Of a stretch of DNA of 64,000 nucleotides, positions 29,186 to 37,618 are shown piece by piece; within the stretch, counting starts at the first letter, position 1; every line of letters starts with the position of its first letter. The stretch is from a virus (lineage: Duplodnaviria; Heunggongvirae; Uroviricota; Caudoviricetes), in IMG/VR virus record IMGVR_UViG_3300028048_000043; one strand, 5' to 3'. A program made the translations under genes and the position numbers. Under the pieces are notes generated by a model that was given only the letters and a program-made list of their open reading frames with translations, did no database searches and was not told the DNA's origin.

Positions 29186-29893
29186 TTATTTGTTTTCTTT
29201 GTCGGTTATCCAATATAGAATATATTCCTCTGGGTGAAGAACTCTATTTGCAATTTCATTGTTCCATTGAGGGTTGTTGGAATTTCTCATACCGTAAAGC
29301 TTTGAGCATTCAAATCCGGAATATCGGATCTCAGTTAGGACTTTGTTATATGCTTTTTCTATTTTTTTCTTTCTTTCCTCATCTGATAAATGTTCCATAA
29401 ACTTTGTGTGGGTGTGGACCATCTTCCCGTCTTCCATAACAGTTATGTTGCTTTCCGGAAGTATGTCAGGCGTACCGACACAACTGTCAAATATGAGATT
29501 ACCGTCTTCATCCATACTTACCCAGAAATAATCATCCATCGTGTCTATGGCTCCGAGTATGTAAGATGTCCTGGATCTTCCGTGTTCTTTGAAGTATCTT
29601 CCTACAATTTCTTTACAATCTTCCTTTATTGCATACCAGTTTCTATCGTGCTCCCTTTCAATATTTTTTTCTCCTTCCCATTTTTTTGTCAAAGACGAAT
29701 CTATTTCTTCGTTGAGATATTTGTTTATATTATCAAGAGCGTTCATTTCTCCGATATAACAGGCGTATTCAAGACCAGCGTCGGTTAAAGAGCCTCTATC
29801 TTTCGCGTGTCTGTTAATATAATCAAGTACAGGTGTAATAAGAGACATTACTTTGCCCCTTATTTCAACAAGCGTATCTTTTCTAGTTTCCAT
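29186..29893 (-). CDS. hypothetical protein
   Basis: 235-aa ORF. Confidence 0.45.
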   Translation of the reverse strand: METRKDTLVEIRGKVMSLITPVLDYINRHAKDRGSLTDAGLEYACYIGEMNALDNINKYLNEEIDSSLTKKWEGEKNIEREHDRNWYAIKEDCKEIVGRYFKEHGRSRTSYILGAIDTMDDYFWVSMDEDGNLIFDSCVGTPDILPESNITVMEDGKMVHTHTKFMEHLSDEERKKKIEKAYNKVLTEIRYSGFECSKLYGMRNSNNPQWNNEIANRVLHPEEYILYWITDKENK

Positions 29894-30070
29894 CTAAAAT
29901 TCCCAACCTGAATAATTTTTAATCGTTCCTTTAACTGGAACGATTTTCATTCTTCTTATAATCCTGTTCTTCATTTTCTTTACGAACTTGTGAACACCAG
30001 CTCTTGTTTTGGGAAAGTATTTTCTAATCTTTCCCTTTTCCAGTTGAAAGTTATACTGACTTTGGCTCAT
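29894..30070 (-). CDS. small basic protein (58 aa), translationally coupled
   Basis: MSQSQYNFQLEKGKIRKYFPKTRAGVHKFVKKMKNRIIRRMKIVPVKGTIKNYSGWEF; TAG stop directly followed by ATG of downstream gene; below ORF-track length cutoff. Confidence 0.3.
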   Translation of the reverse strand: MSQSQYNFQLEKGKIRKYFPKTRAGVHKFVKKMKNRIIRRMKIVPVKGTIKNYSGWEF

Positions 30071-30530
30071 TTTTCAAAAGTTTATATATTTCGAAATTTA
30101 TCCACCGTTCAGCATAATCCTGTTCTACCTCCATGTCAGGGTGCTCATCTATGTAGTAATAATAGTCTGTTTTTGTATCAACGCCGTCTTTATTGATATA
30201 GGATCCAAACTTATAATACTTTTCATAATCCATTGACAAAAGACCTACTGTTACATAGAATGCGTCTTTACTTTCGATGTACGGTTTAAGGAACTCAGCC
30301 AATGCATTCTCTGTATCACAATATCCGTAAAATTCCATAGTCCTATTATGGAATTTATATTCTTTATACACTCCAAGATCTATGAAACTATCTTGACAAA
30401 GGTGAACCGGTATTTTCTTATCTGATAGAGCAACTGGCTCTACCATTTTTATCAGTTCATCCCAATCTTCCGGATGGTCTTTCCAATTTTCATGGATTGC
30501 ATCAATGTCTATGGTTAGTTCTGGAATCAT
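30051..30530 (-). CDS. hypothetical protein
   Basis: 159-aa ORF. Confidence 0.45.
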   Translation of the reverse strand: MIPELTIDIDAIHENWKDHPEDWDELIKMVEPVALSDKKIPVHLCQDSFIDLGVYKEYKFHNRTMEFYGYCDTENALAEFLKPYIESKDAFYVTVGLLSMDYEKYYKFGSYINKDGVDTKTDYYYYIDEHPDMEVEQDYAERWINFEIYKLLKNEPKSV

Positions 30531-30532
30531 AT

Positions 30533-30548
30533 TGCAAATATATCGATT
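30533..30548 (-). promoter_or_regulatory. TAnnTTTG element (minus strand)
   Basis: rc CAAATCGATATATTTGCAAT, 5 nt upstream of ATG 30530. Confidence 0.45.
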
Positions 30549-30566
30549 TGTTTTTATTTTTCCAAA

Positions 30567-30719
30567 TTAAAACACGAAATACAGTTTGTTTTCGTACTTA
30601 TCCGGATCTTTTTCTTCAAGAGCGTTGGTAAAGATTTCTGCTAGAGTGAGATTTTCGAATGCCCCAAGCCACACATTTTCTTCGACGTCTTTAAAATAGA
30701 CTTCAACTTCATCATTCAT
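30567..30719 (-). CDS. small acidic protein (50 aa), ATGA-coupled to upstream gene
   Basis: MNDEVEVYFKDVEENVWLGAFENLTLAEIF...; start overlaps stop of 30716-31309 gene. Confidence 0.3.
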   Translation of the reverse strand: MNDEVEVYFKDVEENVWLGAFENLTLAEIFTNALEEKDPDKYENKLYFVF

Positions 30720-31309
30720 TTCGGAAGATTTTTAATTTTATCTAAAGGAAGTTCTTCACCAGCGACACAATCATATAATGTATTGCCCCCTCTTTGTACA
30801 GTATATCTTTGATTTCCAAATCCAGAAAGATCTGTTTTAACCCAGTGTGGATATTCTTTTATGATTTCTTCTCTGACCTCTTTTCTTATATCATCTTTCA
30901 TTTCTTCCTTTAGAAGATTTCTTAGATGATCGGCGTTTGCTTTAATTGCATCATAATCGTCAATCCCAATTTCCAACCAACTCGCTGTTTGTACAGCTTT
31001 GTCGAATTCTGTCAGGTCTGGAACTTCATCACAGAAAACGATATCTGATTCTGAACTACCTTCCCAACAAACGCCATTATCATAATAATATTCGATATGG
31101 TTTCTTGTTGAGAATTTGATATCACTGTTATAATTGTCAACAATGGCGATAATGTTTACCCATCCATTTCCGTTTGCTCCACACTCATCGTTTGAGCAGT
31201 GATTTGCATCTGTACATATGATTCTTACTTTTCTTCCGTCGCGGGTTTCTATATTCCTCTCTGGATTTTTAAGATATTCTTCAAGTTTGAATGATTTTTG
31301 TAATTTCAT
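30716..31309 (-). CDS. hypothetical protein
   Basis: ORF track gives 30716-31540, but the extension runs through a terminator and promoter; start placed at internal Met MKLQKSF (31309). Confidence 0.45.
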   Translation of the reverse strand: MKLQKSFKLEEYLKNPERNIETRDGRKVRIICTDANHCSNDECGANGNGWVNIIAIVDNYNSDIKFSTRNHIEYYYDNGVCWEGSSESDIVFCDEVPDLTEFDKAVQTASWLEIGIDDYDAIKANADHLRNLLKEEMKDDIRKEVREEIIKEYPHWVKTDLSGFGNQRYTVQRGGNTLYDCVAGEELPLDKIKNLPK

Positions 31310-31324
31310 AAAAACATTATATTT

Positions 31325-31345
31325 TTTGCAAATATACTGATTATT
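31325..31345 (-). promoter_or_regulatory. TAnnTTTG element (minus strand)
   Basis: rc ATCAGTATATTTGCAAAAAAT, about 20 nt upstream of ATG 31309. Confidence 0.45.
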
Positions 31346-31356
31346 TTCTAAAAAAT

Positions 31357-31380
31357 AAAGGGCGGATTCACCGCCCTTTT
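31357..31380. terminator. GC-rich hairpin terminator after SPFH gene
   Basis: AAAGGGCGG attca CCGCCCTTTT. Confidence 0.6.
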
Positions 31381-31397
31381 GTTTTTGTTGTTTGTGA

Positions 31398-32588
31398 TTA
31401 CTTGGAATACTTGTCTGACAAGTCAAGAAGGAATTTGAGTCCCATTGCATCCATCGCTGTGGCACCCGAAGAACCGTTTCCTCCACCGCCCCAGATAATC
31501 TTAGGAAGCTCAACATTGGAGAATGCCTCTGCAACACCAACCTTGGTCTTGTATTCCCATTCTGCCCTTTCCTGAGGAGTCAGACCTGCTGCCACCTTTG
31601 CGCGGTTGGCTGCTGCCTCTGCTTCGCCCTCGGCAATAATCCTCTTCTTATCAAACTCTGCCTTCTCTGCTGCAAGACGGGCAACTTCGCGTTCCTGTTC
31701 AGCCTTTGTGACCTCTGTTGCCTTCACCTTCTCCTGTTCCCACTTGGCCTTTGCTGCTGCTGCCTTACCTTCAGCCTCTGCCTTGATAGCATCCTGCTGC
31801 GCAGCCAGTGCTTCTGCCTTCTTGGTCTGGATGGACATATTAGCCTGCTGCTGGGTCTGGATCTGCTGGTTCACCTTGTCATCATAAGTGATTTCAGTGA
31901 TGGATACCTGGTCAATAATAACACCATAATTGGTGAATGGTGAACTTTCTGAACGGGCATATCCATTGGGAGAGTGTTCATCTGCAACAAGAGATGCGAC
32001 CTTTACCTTCTTACTTTCTCCAGTGAAAGAGTCAATGACATCATCTTCACGGACAGTAGTCTTATATACACCATTAGTGAGCTGGTCGGTGATATAGGCA
32101 ACCATATCATTCTTCTTCTCTGCATAAGATTCAAATGCTGACATCAGAGGACCGGATGCATAGATAACCTTCACAACATTCTGTGCAACCAGGTCATTCA
32201 TCAACCTATCCATTCCATTGTATGCGGTCTGGATGAGTTTCAGGTGAGCAACATCAGTAGGGAGTACGACACGAAGGGATCCATAGATGTAACCAACAGA
32301 TGCATCATTGAAAACAACCTTGATGGGAGTACCATGGGAATTGCCTTCCACATCCTTACCACCAAACCAGAACTGCTGGGTCTTGTAGTACTCGGTCTTC
32401 TTACCGAACCACTGCCACTGGAAACCAGGTTCTGTCCAGTATGCCATTTTTCCAGTGAAAGGATACTGGTTGACCACAATGTTCTCATTCTTCACATCCT
32501 CACCGATGCTTCCCATCAGACAGAGAACGATTACTGCGAATACGCCGACGATTGCGGCGACTACTTTGTTTTTTGTTACGTTAATCAT
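31398..32588 (-). CDS. SPFH/band-7 (flotillin/YqiK-like) membrane protein
   Basis: N-terminal TM helix (VVAAIVGVFAVIVLCLMGSIG), central SPFH-like region, long Ala/Glu/Lys coiled-coil (AEAEGKAAAAKAKWEQEK...EAEAAANRAK); GC about 50% vs about 35% background. Confidence 0.75.
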   Translation of the reverse strand: MINVTKNKVVAAIVGVFAVIVLCLMGSIGEDVKNENIVVNQYPFTGKMAYWTEPGFQWQWFGKKTEYYKTQQFWFGGKDVEGNSHGTPIKVVFNDASVGYIYGSLRVVLPTDVAHLKLIQTAYNGMDRLMNDLVAQNVVKVIYASGPLMSAFESYAEKKNDMVAYITDQLTNGVYKTTVREDDVIDSFTGESKKVKVASLVADEHSPNGYARSESSPFTNYGVIIDQVSITEITYDDKVNQQIQTQQQANMSIQTKKAEALAAQQDAIKAEAEGKAAAAKAKWEQEKVKATEVTKAEQEREVARLAAEKAEFDKKRIIAEGEAEAAANRAKVAAGLTPQERAEWEYKTKVGVAEAFSNVELPKIIWGGGGNGSSGATAMDAMGLKFLLDLSDKYSK

Positions 32589-32754
32589 TGTTTTTATTTT
32601 TTATGAGATAATAAAATGGAATTAATGCCTTTGGATATGTGATGGTTGTTTTCTTATCGGTCCACTTCATGATACCGAAAACTTCAAGAAAACAAACTAT
32701 GCTGTAAAGAGCATAAGCTAAAAGTGTTAAAAAAATCAGTACTTTGTAAATCAT
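32581..32754 (-). CDS. 57-aa hydrophobic peptide co-transcribed with SPFH gene (NfeD/YuaF-like partner candidate)
   Basis: MIYKVLIFLTLLAYALYSIVCFLEVFGIMKWTDKKTTITYPKALIPFYYLIKNKNND; stop overlaps SPFH start (ATGATTAA); below ORF-track cutoff. Confidence 0.4.
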   Translation of the reverse strand: MIYKVLIFLTLLAYALYSIVCFLEVFGIMKWTDKKTTITYPKALIPFYYLIKNKNND

Positions 32755-32778
32755 GTTTATCTGTCATGTTGTTTCGAT

Positions 32779-32792
32779 TGCAAATATAGGAA
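32779..32792 (-). promoter_or_regulatory. TAnnTTTG element (minus strand) for the peptide-SPFH operon
   Basis: rc CCTATATTTGCAATCG, about 27 nt upstream of ATG 32754. Confidence 0.4.
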
Positions 32793-32812
32793 CTAATTTC
32801 TATATTTCCAAA

Positions 32813-33235
32813 TTATGTTTGTAAAAATTCAATTTCTTTTGAATACATTTTAATTTTATCTCTGCAATTGTTCTTATATCTTTCTTGATACTCTATAAGA
32901 TTTTTGTATCGCTCGATTTCTTCATCAGCCTTATGTATTCTGTTATCATATATTTCTATCATCTTTCTACAGAATTCGTTTTTATCGGCAAAGTATATGA
33001 ACTTGTTCTTTTCAAATGATGTTTCATTATAATACTTTTCATCTATCGCAAGATGACCATAGCCGTCAAGATTAATCTCATATAAATTGAATTGTTCAAA
33101 TTTTTCAATTTGTCCATTTACTGTGAACGTTCTTGTTTCTTCGTTCGTAATGTACATTGTGCCTATACAATATATTTTGTCTCCGGATTTTAATTCGCTA
33201 AACTTTTTCATTATATGAATTTTACATTTATCCAA
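32813..33235 (-). CDS. hypothetical coiled-coil protein
   Basis: 140-aa ORF. Confidence 0.4.
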   Translation of the reverse strand: MDKCKIHIMKKFSELKSGDKIYCIGTMYITNEETRTFTVNGQIEKFEQFNLYEINLDGYGHLAIDEKYYNETSFEKNKFIYFADKNEFCRKMIEIYDNRIHKADEEIERYKNLIEYQERYKNNCRDKIKMYSKEIEFLQT

Positions 33236-33573
33236 TCAGCTCTAAATATAAACTCTCCTTCTCCAAGTTCAACAGGAATGCAGTCGAGCGCCAGCATCTC
33301 TTCAATTCCGTGTTCTGGATCACTTATCAAAAGAGTATCTATTATGTTTTCTTTTGGAAGCATTGCGTAATCTTTATCATACATTGACATCATCCATGCA
33401 GTGAAATAATCTTTAAGTAAATAATCTTCAGATGACACTGTTATTGTAAAGCTGTTTCCCGATAAATCTTTTTTATAACTGAACGATTCTATATTGAAAA
33501 CATCTCCAGATGAGAAAAACAATGAATCTGTTTTTGGAATGAATTTTTCATTTAGACAACGAAGTATAGCCAT
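33211..33573 (-). CDS. hypothetical protein
   Basis: 120-aa ORF. Confidence 0.4.
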   Translation of the reverse strand: MAILRCLNEKFIPKTDSLFFSSGDVFNIESFSYKKDLSGNSFTITVSSEDYLLKDYFTAWMMSMYDKDYAMLPKENIIDTLLISDPEHGIEEMLALDCIPVELGEGEFIFRADWINVKFI

Positions 33574-33649
33574 TTAACCTTTGTATTTAAAATTATGGTC
33601 AAAGACAGGAACGTCGATGTCTATGGTTTTTCGTTTCCATAGAAATGCT

Positions 33650-33976
33650 TTATTGCTGGACTCCTTTATGATAAGGTTGGTTTCCATTTTTAGAAATTCT
33701 TGATATTTCGATTACGGTTTCGTCGAGACAACTGTATTCAGAATTATTGATTATAAAGTGAATAATATCTTCAGCAGTCGTATCTTTACGTATAGACATA
33801 CTCTTTATGTCGTTTGTTGTATGACAAATTGGGCACTCTATGTTTATTTTATGATATCCGTTTTCATCGTCGAATACAAAATAATCTAAAGGGTGTCCAC
33901 ATTTCCGGCACGTTGTTCTCTTTCTTACTAATGACGGAAACGAATTATCTATGACGAAATCACCTTTGTTTTTCAT
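33650..33976 (-). CDS. Zn-finger small protein
   Basis: CRKCGHP...CPICHT. Confidence 0.4.
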   Translation of the reverse strand: MKNKGDFVIDNSFPSLVRKRTTCRKCGHPLDYFVFDDENGYHKINIECPICHTTNDIKSMSIRKDTTAEDIIHFIINNSEYSCLDETVIEISRISKNGNQPYHKGVQQ

Positions 33977-33979
33977 GTC

Positions 33980-34204
33980 TTATGTTGTTAATTTTTTCCA
34001 TGTTTCATCAATAAATGCATCGACTTTATCGTCATCATAAAAACAGTCGATGCCAGATGTATCTCGAACTTTATAAGCAATACCGTACAAGTCTTCTATC
34101 GCGTTAAAGATCCGCTGTCCAAGTCTCATATATCGTGGATATTCGTCGAATTTTTTCCAAATGTTTACGACAAAATCTCCAAATTCTTTATCAAAATGCG
34201 CCAT
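33980..34204 (-). CDS. hypothetical protein
   Basis: 74-aa ORF. Confidence 0.35.
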   Translation of the reverse strand: MAHFDKEFGDFVVNIWKKFDEYPRYMRLGQRIFNAIEDLYGIAYKVRDTSGIDCFYDDDKVDAFIDETWKKLTT

Positions 34205-34205
34205 A

Positions 34206-34574
34206 TTACATTTCTACTTTTATGCTTTTTAGAGGGTGTTTTGTTCCAAGTTTTTCTGAGAAATCGCAATCCCAGTTTATGCAGCGCCTCCCGAAATACT
34301 GAACAATCTTGTAATCGAATGTATCTTCGTCGTCGCAGAGATCTCCGCCGTGAAATCTGTACTTCTTTCCGCAGTATGGGCACTCAAAAACACCCATACG
34401 ATGACCAAGATTTGTTTCGCACCAACCGAGTATTCTTGGCTCGGATTTAGGAACTTTTGTTCCGTTTTGAAGAAATCCTGATTCGCCACATTCAGGACAA
34501 ACATAATCCGGAGCGTACTCAATATCATCATATTGAGCAAACTTATGACTTATGTCTATGAATCTTTTTTCCAT
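34206..34574 (-). CDS. Zn-ribbon protein
   Basis: CPECGESG...CPYCGKKY. Confidence 0.4.
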   Translation of the reverse strand: MEKRFIDISHKFAQYDDIEYAPDYVCPECGESGFLQNGTKVPKSEPRILGWCETNLGHRMGVFECPYCGKKYRFHGGDLCDDEDTFDYKIVQYFGRRCINWDCDFSEKLGTKHPLKSIKVEM

Positions 34575-34585
34575 ATTGTTTAATT

Positions 34586-34768
34586 CTAATCTTCTAAAAT
34601 AAGATCAAGAATAATCGTTATCGGCCAGAAAGCGGCTAGTGACACTTCTGCAATAATTGTTAAAGGATCGTCATCATCGCAATATCCTTTAAGTGACCTT
34701 TTATAGCAGACTAATCCAGCTATAAACAAATAAAGAGTAACAATCAATATAAGAACTAAATCGCTCAT
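34586..34768 (-). CDS. small membrane protein
   Basis: 60 aa, two hydrophobic helices. Confidence 0.35.
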   Translation of the reverse strand: MSDLVLILIVTLYLFIAGLVCYKRSLKGYCDDDDPLTIIAEVSLAAFWPITIILDLILED

Positions 34769-34769
34769 T

Positions 34770-35453
34770 TTATTTGTTTATAAAAGTTTTTATAAGAAAC
34801 ATCTGAATTTTATCAAACTTAATCGAATGTGTTTCAATCGAGTTTGTTTGTTGATTAAAATAGTATATAACGGATTCACTGTTTGCTGAGCACTTTTTCG
34901 CAAACTCTTTATCCCAATCAGAAAGATATTCGTCGGTTTCTATTCTTAATTTTCCAGGAGTCAAGTTGTATCCTTGAGTCTCAATCGATTTTTCGATAAG
35001 ACTCATCAGTTTATCTGACGTGAATCCGAAATCTTTTTTATTTTCTTTTTTATGAAATATTCTGTATAACAAAGATTTCTTTGTAGTTTCACAGAAACCA
35101 ATCATCTGTAAAAAATTAAGAAGCGTTATATCTGTTTTAACCCACTTATGCTCGTTTATATAACACTGAAATGTTATAGTTGAATTTAAATTTCTCCGAG
35201 TGTGATTTAATTCTGCCCATACGTTAGGGTATTTCTTAAGAGTTAAAAAGCAGTTTATGCCGTCTGGTTCTATATAAACCGTCGTGTTGAACAATCCAGT
35301 TTCTTCGATCGCTTTTGGCATTTCTTCTCGAACTTTCAAGAAATACTTTCTATTGCTTTCTTCCGCTTGCGCTTTGTTTATGGCGTCCCATTCTTCTTTA
35401 GTTCTGCGATGACTTCCTAAAATTAACGCTGCGGATGCTGTCGGTACAAACAT
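34770..35453 (-). CDS. hypothetical protein
   Basis: 227-aa ORF. Confidence 0.45.
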   Translation of the reverse strand: MFVPTASAALILGSHRRTKEEWDAINKAQAEESNRKYFLKVREEMPKAIEETGLFNTTVYIEPDGINCFLTLKKYPNVWAELNHTRRNLNSTITFQCYINEHKWVKTDITLLNFLQMIGFCETTKKSLLYRIFHKKENKKDFGFTSDKLMSLIEKSIETQGYNLTPGKLRIETDEYLSDWDKEFAKKCSANSESVIYYFNQQTNSIETHSIKFDKIQMFLIKTFINK

Positions 35454-35456
35454 ATA

Positions 35457-35891
35457 TCAATCTTTATAAGGGTTGTTTTCTTCAGTTACCTCAATTGCAA
35501 GATCATCGGATATCAAATCCAGATAATCAATATGAATAGAATCCAGATAATTGTATACCTCTTCCAATTCCTCAATCCATCTTCCGGAAGAAAGGAAGAA
35601 TTTTATACCGGTTACATCATTTATCTTTATCCAGTCATCATCGCGCCCTTCTTTATCGATATGAAGAATATCGAACATCCTGTCCATTTCATCTTCAGTC
35701 AAAGTGTGTATAGGACGAAGATATGGTTTACAATCTTCAATCGGTATTCCTCCGTTCAAGAAAACCATAGAATCGTTCTTCAATTGAACAATTTTAATAG
35801 AATGAAGCGTCTCTACAGAAGTGTAATAAAATTTCACTTTGTACGGCAATCTTCTTGCGAATTCTTTCAAAAGTTTGTTTTTCTTTTCCAT
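35457..35891 (-). CDS. hypothetical protein
   Basis: 144-aa ORF. Confidence 0.45.
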   Translation of the reverse strand: MEKKNKLLKEFARRLPYKVKFYYTSVETLHSIKIVQLKNDSMVFLNGGIPIEDCKPYLRPIHTLTEDEMDRMFDILHIDKEGRDDDWIKINDVTGIKFFLSSGRWIEELEEVYNYLDSIHIDYLDLISDDLAIEVTEENNPYKD

Positions 35892-35900
35892 ATCTACTGC

Positions 35901-36734
35901 TCAAAATTTGAACGCTTCCTTCATAAACCTTTCTCGATTTTCATCAAGAGTTAAATCAAATGCAGGAATAACTGTAAATTTCGATCGAGTGAAAGTTATA
36001 GGTGCATTAGACTGTGGAATAAGTCTACTCTCTGTTGTTTCTTTCTTATATACGAATCGACCGAACCTATACTGATCGGCGAACGCACACCAATCTACAC
36101 CAGATTTTGCTTTACATAGTTCAACTTGTTCATCTGTATTTCTACTCATAAGATCCTTAGGAGAAAGATATGTCTGAGCAGTCTGCTGCTTAGAGTTCCT
36201 GATGCAGTCGATTTGGCGGTACAGGAACCAAGCATACACGTCGTTTTTATTTGGAACGACCCAGACTTTACAGTCGAATTGGGCTAGTTTCATTTTATTG
36301 ATTTCGTCATACACTTCCGCAAACGTAACATCTACATCTCCGCTATCAACAAACTTGTTTGAAAGTTTATTCAGTATGAATTGTCTGTTGAATTCGCTGG
36401 TTGCTAACGAAGCTAAAATAGACTGAAGTTTGCACAATCTTCCACCAAATGGAGTGTCGGTTTCCTGTGTATCATAATCTGTTATGAGAAGACTTATCTC
36501 GTCGCTCTGCGTATATGCAAATTTAACTCCCTGAACGTTATTGCACAGGAATTTTGCCGTTTTGTTCATCATATCGATGAAATCATCATCGAACGGTTTT
36601 TTGAAATGATTCTTCACGAGCGTACTGAAGTTCTTTCCGTCAAGCATAACAAGAATGTTACTGTTCGGGAGAATCCTGTAATCAGTAAGATCTCTATAAT
36701 AATTACACTTTTCTTTGAGGTTTTTGAAATTCAT
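35901..36734 (-). CDS. Thg1-like protein (tRNA-His guanylyltransferase family 3'-5' nucleotidyltransferase)
   Basis: ILVMLDGKNFSTLVKNHFKKPFDDDF matches Thg1 VVVRLDGRNFHRF..KP.D; FAYTQSDEISLL matches metal-binding IAYGQSDEYSFV; KLQSILASLATSEF matches KFMTHVASQFASSY. Confidence 0.65.
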   Translation of the reverse strand: MNFKNLKEKCNYYRDLTDYRILPNSNILVMLDGKNFSTLVKNHFKKPFDDDFIDMMNKTAKFLCNNVQGVKFAYTQSDEISLLITDYDTQETDTPFGGRLCKLQSILASLATSEFNRQFILNKLSNKFVDSGDVDVTFAEVYDEINKMKLAQFDCKVWVVPNKNDVYAWFLYRQIDCIRNSKQQTAQTYLSPKDLMSRNTDEQVELCKAKSGVDWCAFADQYRFGRFVYKKETTESRLIPQSNAPITFTRSKFTVIPAFDLTLDENRERFMKEAFKF

Positions 36735-36778
36735 AATCAGTCTTGTTTAATTACCGTAACCAGCTTTAAGATGTATCT

Positions 36779-37012
36779 CTATTGTTGCTCTGTCGTTATC
36801 TTTTCTTTTCCGCCCCATCCGATTCTTCTTATCCGTAGCGAACTTTTTGTATAATATGAATAGCACTCCGGGCAGGTTATATATTCTTTGTATGTTTGAT
36901 GATCCGTTTGAAACTCGTTCTCAAGAAATTCACAAACACATCCACATCTACATTTTAATCTGTATTTCCTTTCGAGTGCTTCAGGACCTTTACCGTGTTT
37001 AATAATTTCCAT
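36779..37012 (-). CDS. Zn-ribbon small protein
   Basis: CRCGC...CPEC. Confidence 0.4.
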   Translation of the reverse strand: MEIIKHGKGPEALERKYRLKCRCGCVCEFLENEFQTDHQTYKEYITCPECYSYYTKSSLRIRRIGWGGKEKITTEQQ

Positions 37013-37014
37013 CT

Positions 37015-37578
37015 TTATCTCTTAAAGTTTTCTTTGATGTACTCTTCGGCAATCGTGTCTTTCGGGAACATTCGTTTGTATAGAGCAAGGATGTTGTTTC
37101 TGTTCTTTGTGAAATCAAAATATTCTTCTCCTCCACCCCAATCATATCTTACAACGTTTCTGTTGAAATCAAATTCAACATCAACGATTTGTGATTCCAG
37201 ACGTTTGAATGTAACTACAAGCGTTGGGGAAAATTCATAAAAGTTTACTACAGTGGAATCCGATCCGTGAAACGTTCCTAGTGTGTTTCTGGATAGAACA
37301 ATTCTCTTCAGGTCCCTATTAAACTCGTCTCCAGATATCGTAGATACAATTTTCCACCCTTTGTGAGTTTCCATAGCTGACGTATCCGATTCCGAAACGT
37401 AATCAATTGTTCTTACACATTTTACACTTCCTGTCTGTATGGTTGTTTTAACATCGCTGTTCAATGTGAATCTAGTTGATCTTACAGATACTGCGATGCA
37501 CACAAAGAAAACAATGAAAAACAAAGGTATGAATCCAGGCGCCGGACTATTGTACTCGGGTGTTTTGTAAACTGTCAT
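37015..37578 (-). CDS. membrane-anchored protein
   Basis: N-terminal TM helix FIPLFFIVFFVCIAVSV. Confidence 0.45.
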   Translation of the reverse strand: MTVYKTPEYNSPAPGFIPLFFIVFFVCIAVSVRSTRFTLNSDVKTTIQTGSVKCVRTIDYVSESDTSAMETHKGWKIVSTISGDEFNRDLKRIVLSRNTLGTFHGSDSTVVNFYEFSPTLVVTFKRLESQIVDVEFDFNRNVVRYDWGGGEEYFDFTKNRNNILALYKRMFPKDTIAEEYIKENFKR

Positions 37579-37596
37579 ATTATATTGTTTTTATTT

Positions 37597-37612
37597 TGTG
37601 CAAATATATCGA
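37597..37612 (-). promoter_or_regulatory. TAnnTTTG element (minus strand)
   Basis: rc TCGATATATTTGCACAAAATAAAAACAATATAATATG preceding ATG 37578. Confidence 0.45.
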
Positions 37613-37618
37613 TTATTT

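Noticed and set aside
31310-31540. ORF-track extension of gene 30716-31540 overlapping the 3' end of the SPFH gene
   Set aside because: The extension runs through a GC-rich terminator hairpin and a TAnnTTTG promoter element. An internal Met (MKLQKSF at 31309) with the promoter about 20 nt upstream gives a cleaner gene model, so the gene is called as 30716-31309.
31606-31887. Plus-strand Ala-rich ORF (93 aa) antisense to the SPFH gene
   Set aside because: It is an artefact of the GC-rich Ala/Glu/Lys coiled-coil codons (GCx/CTT periodicity) on the opposite strand, with no independent support.
31398-32588. Interpreting the high GC of the SPFH gene as definitive evidence of host-to-phage transfer
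   Set aside because: Part of the GC excess comes from the Ala/Glu/Gly-rich coiled-coil composition. I report it as suggestive only and recommend GC3 and codon analysis.
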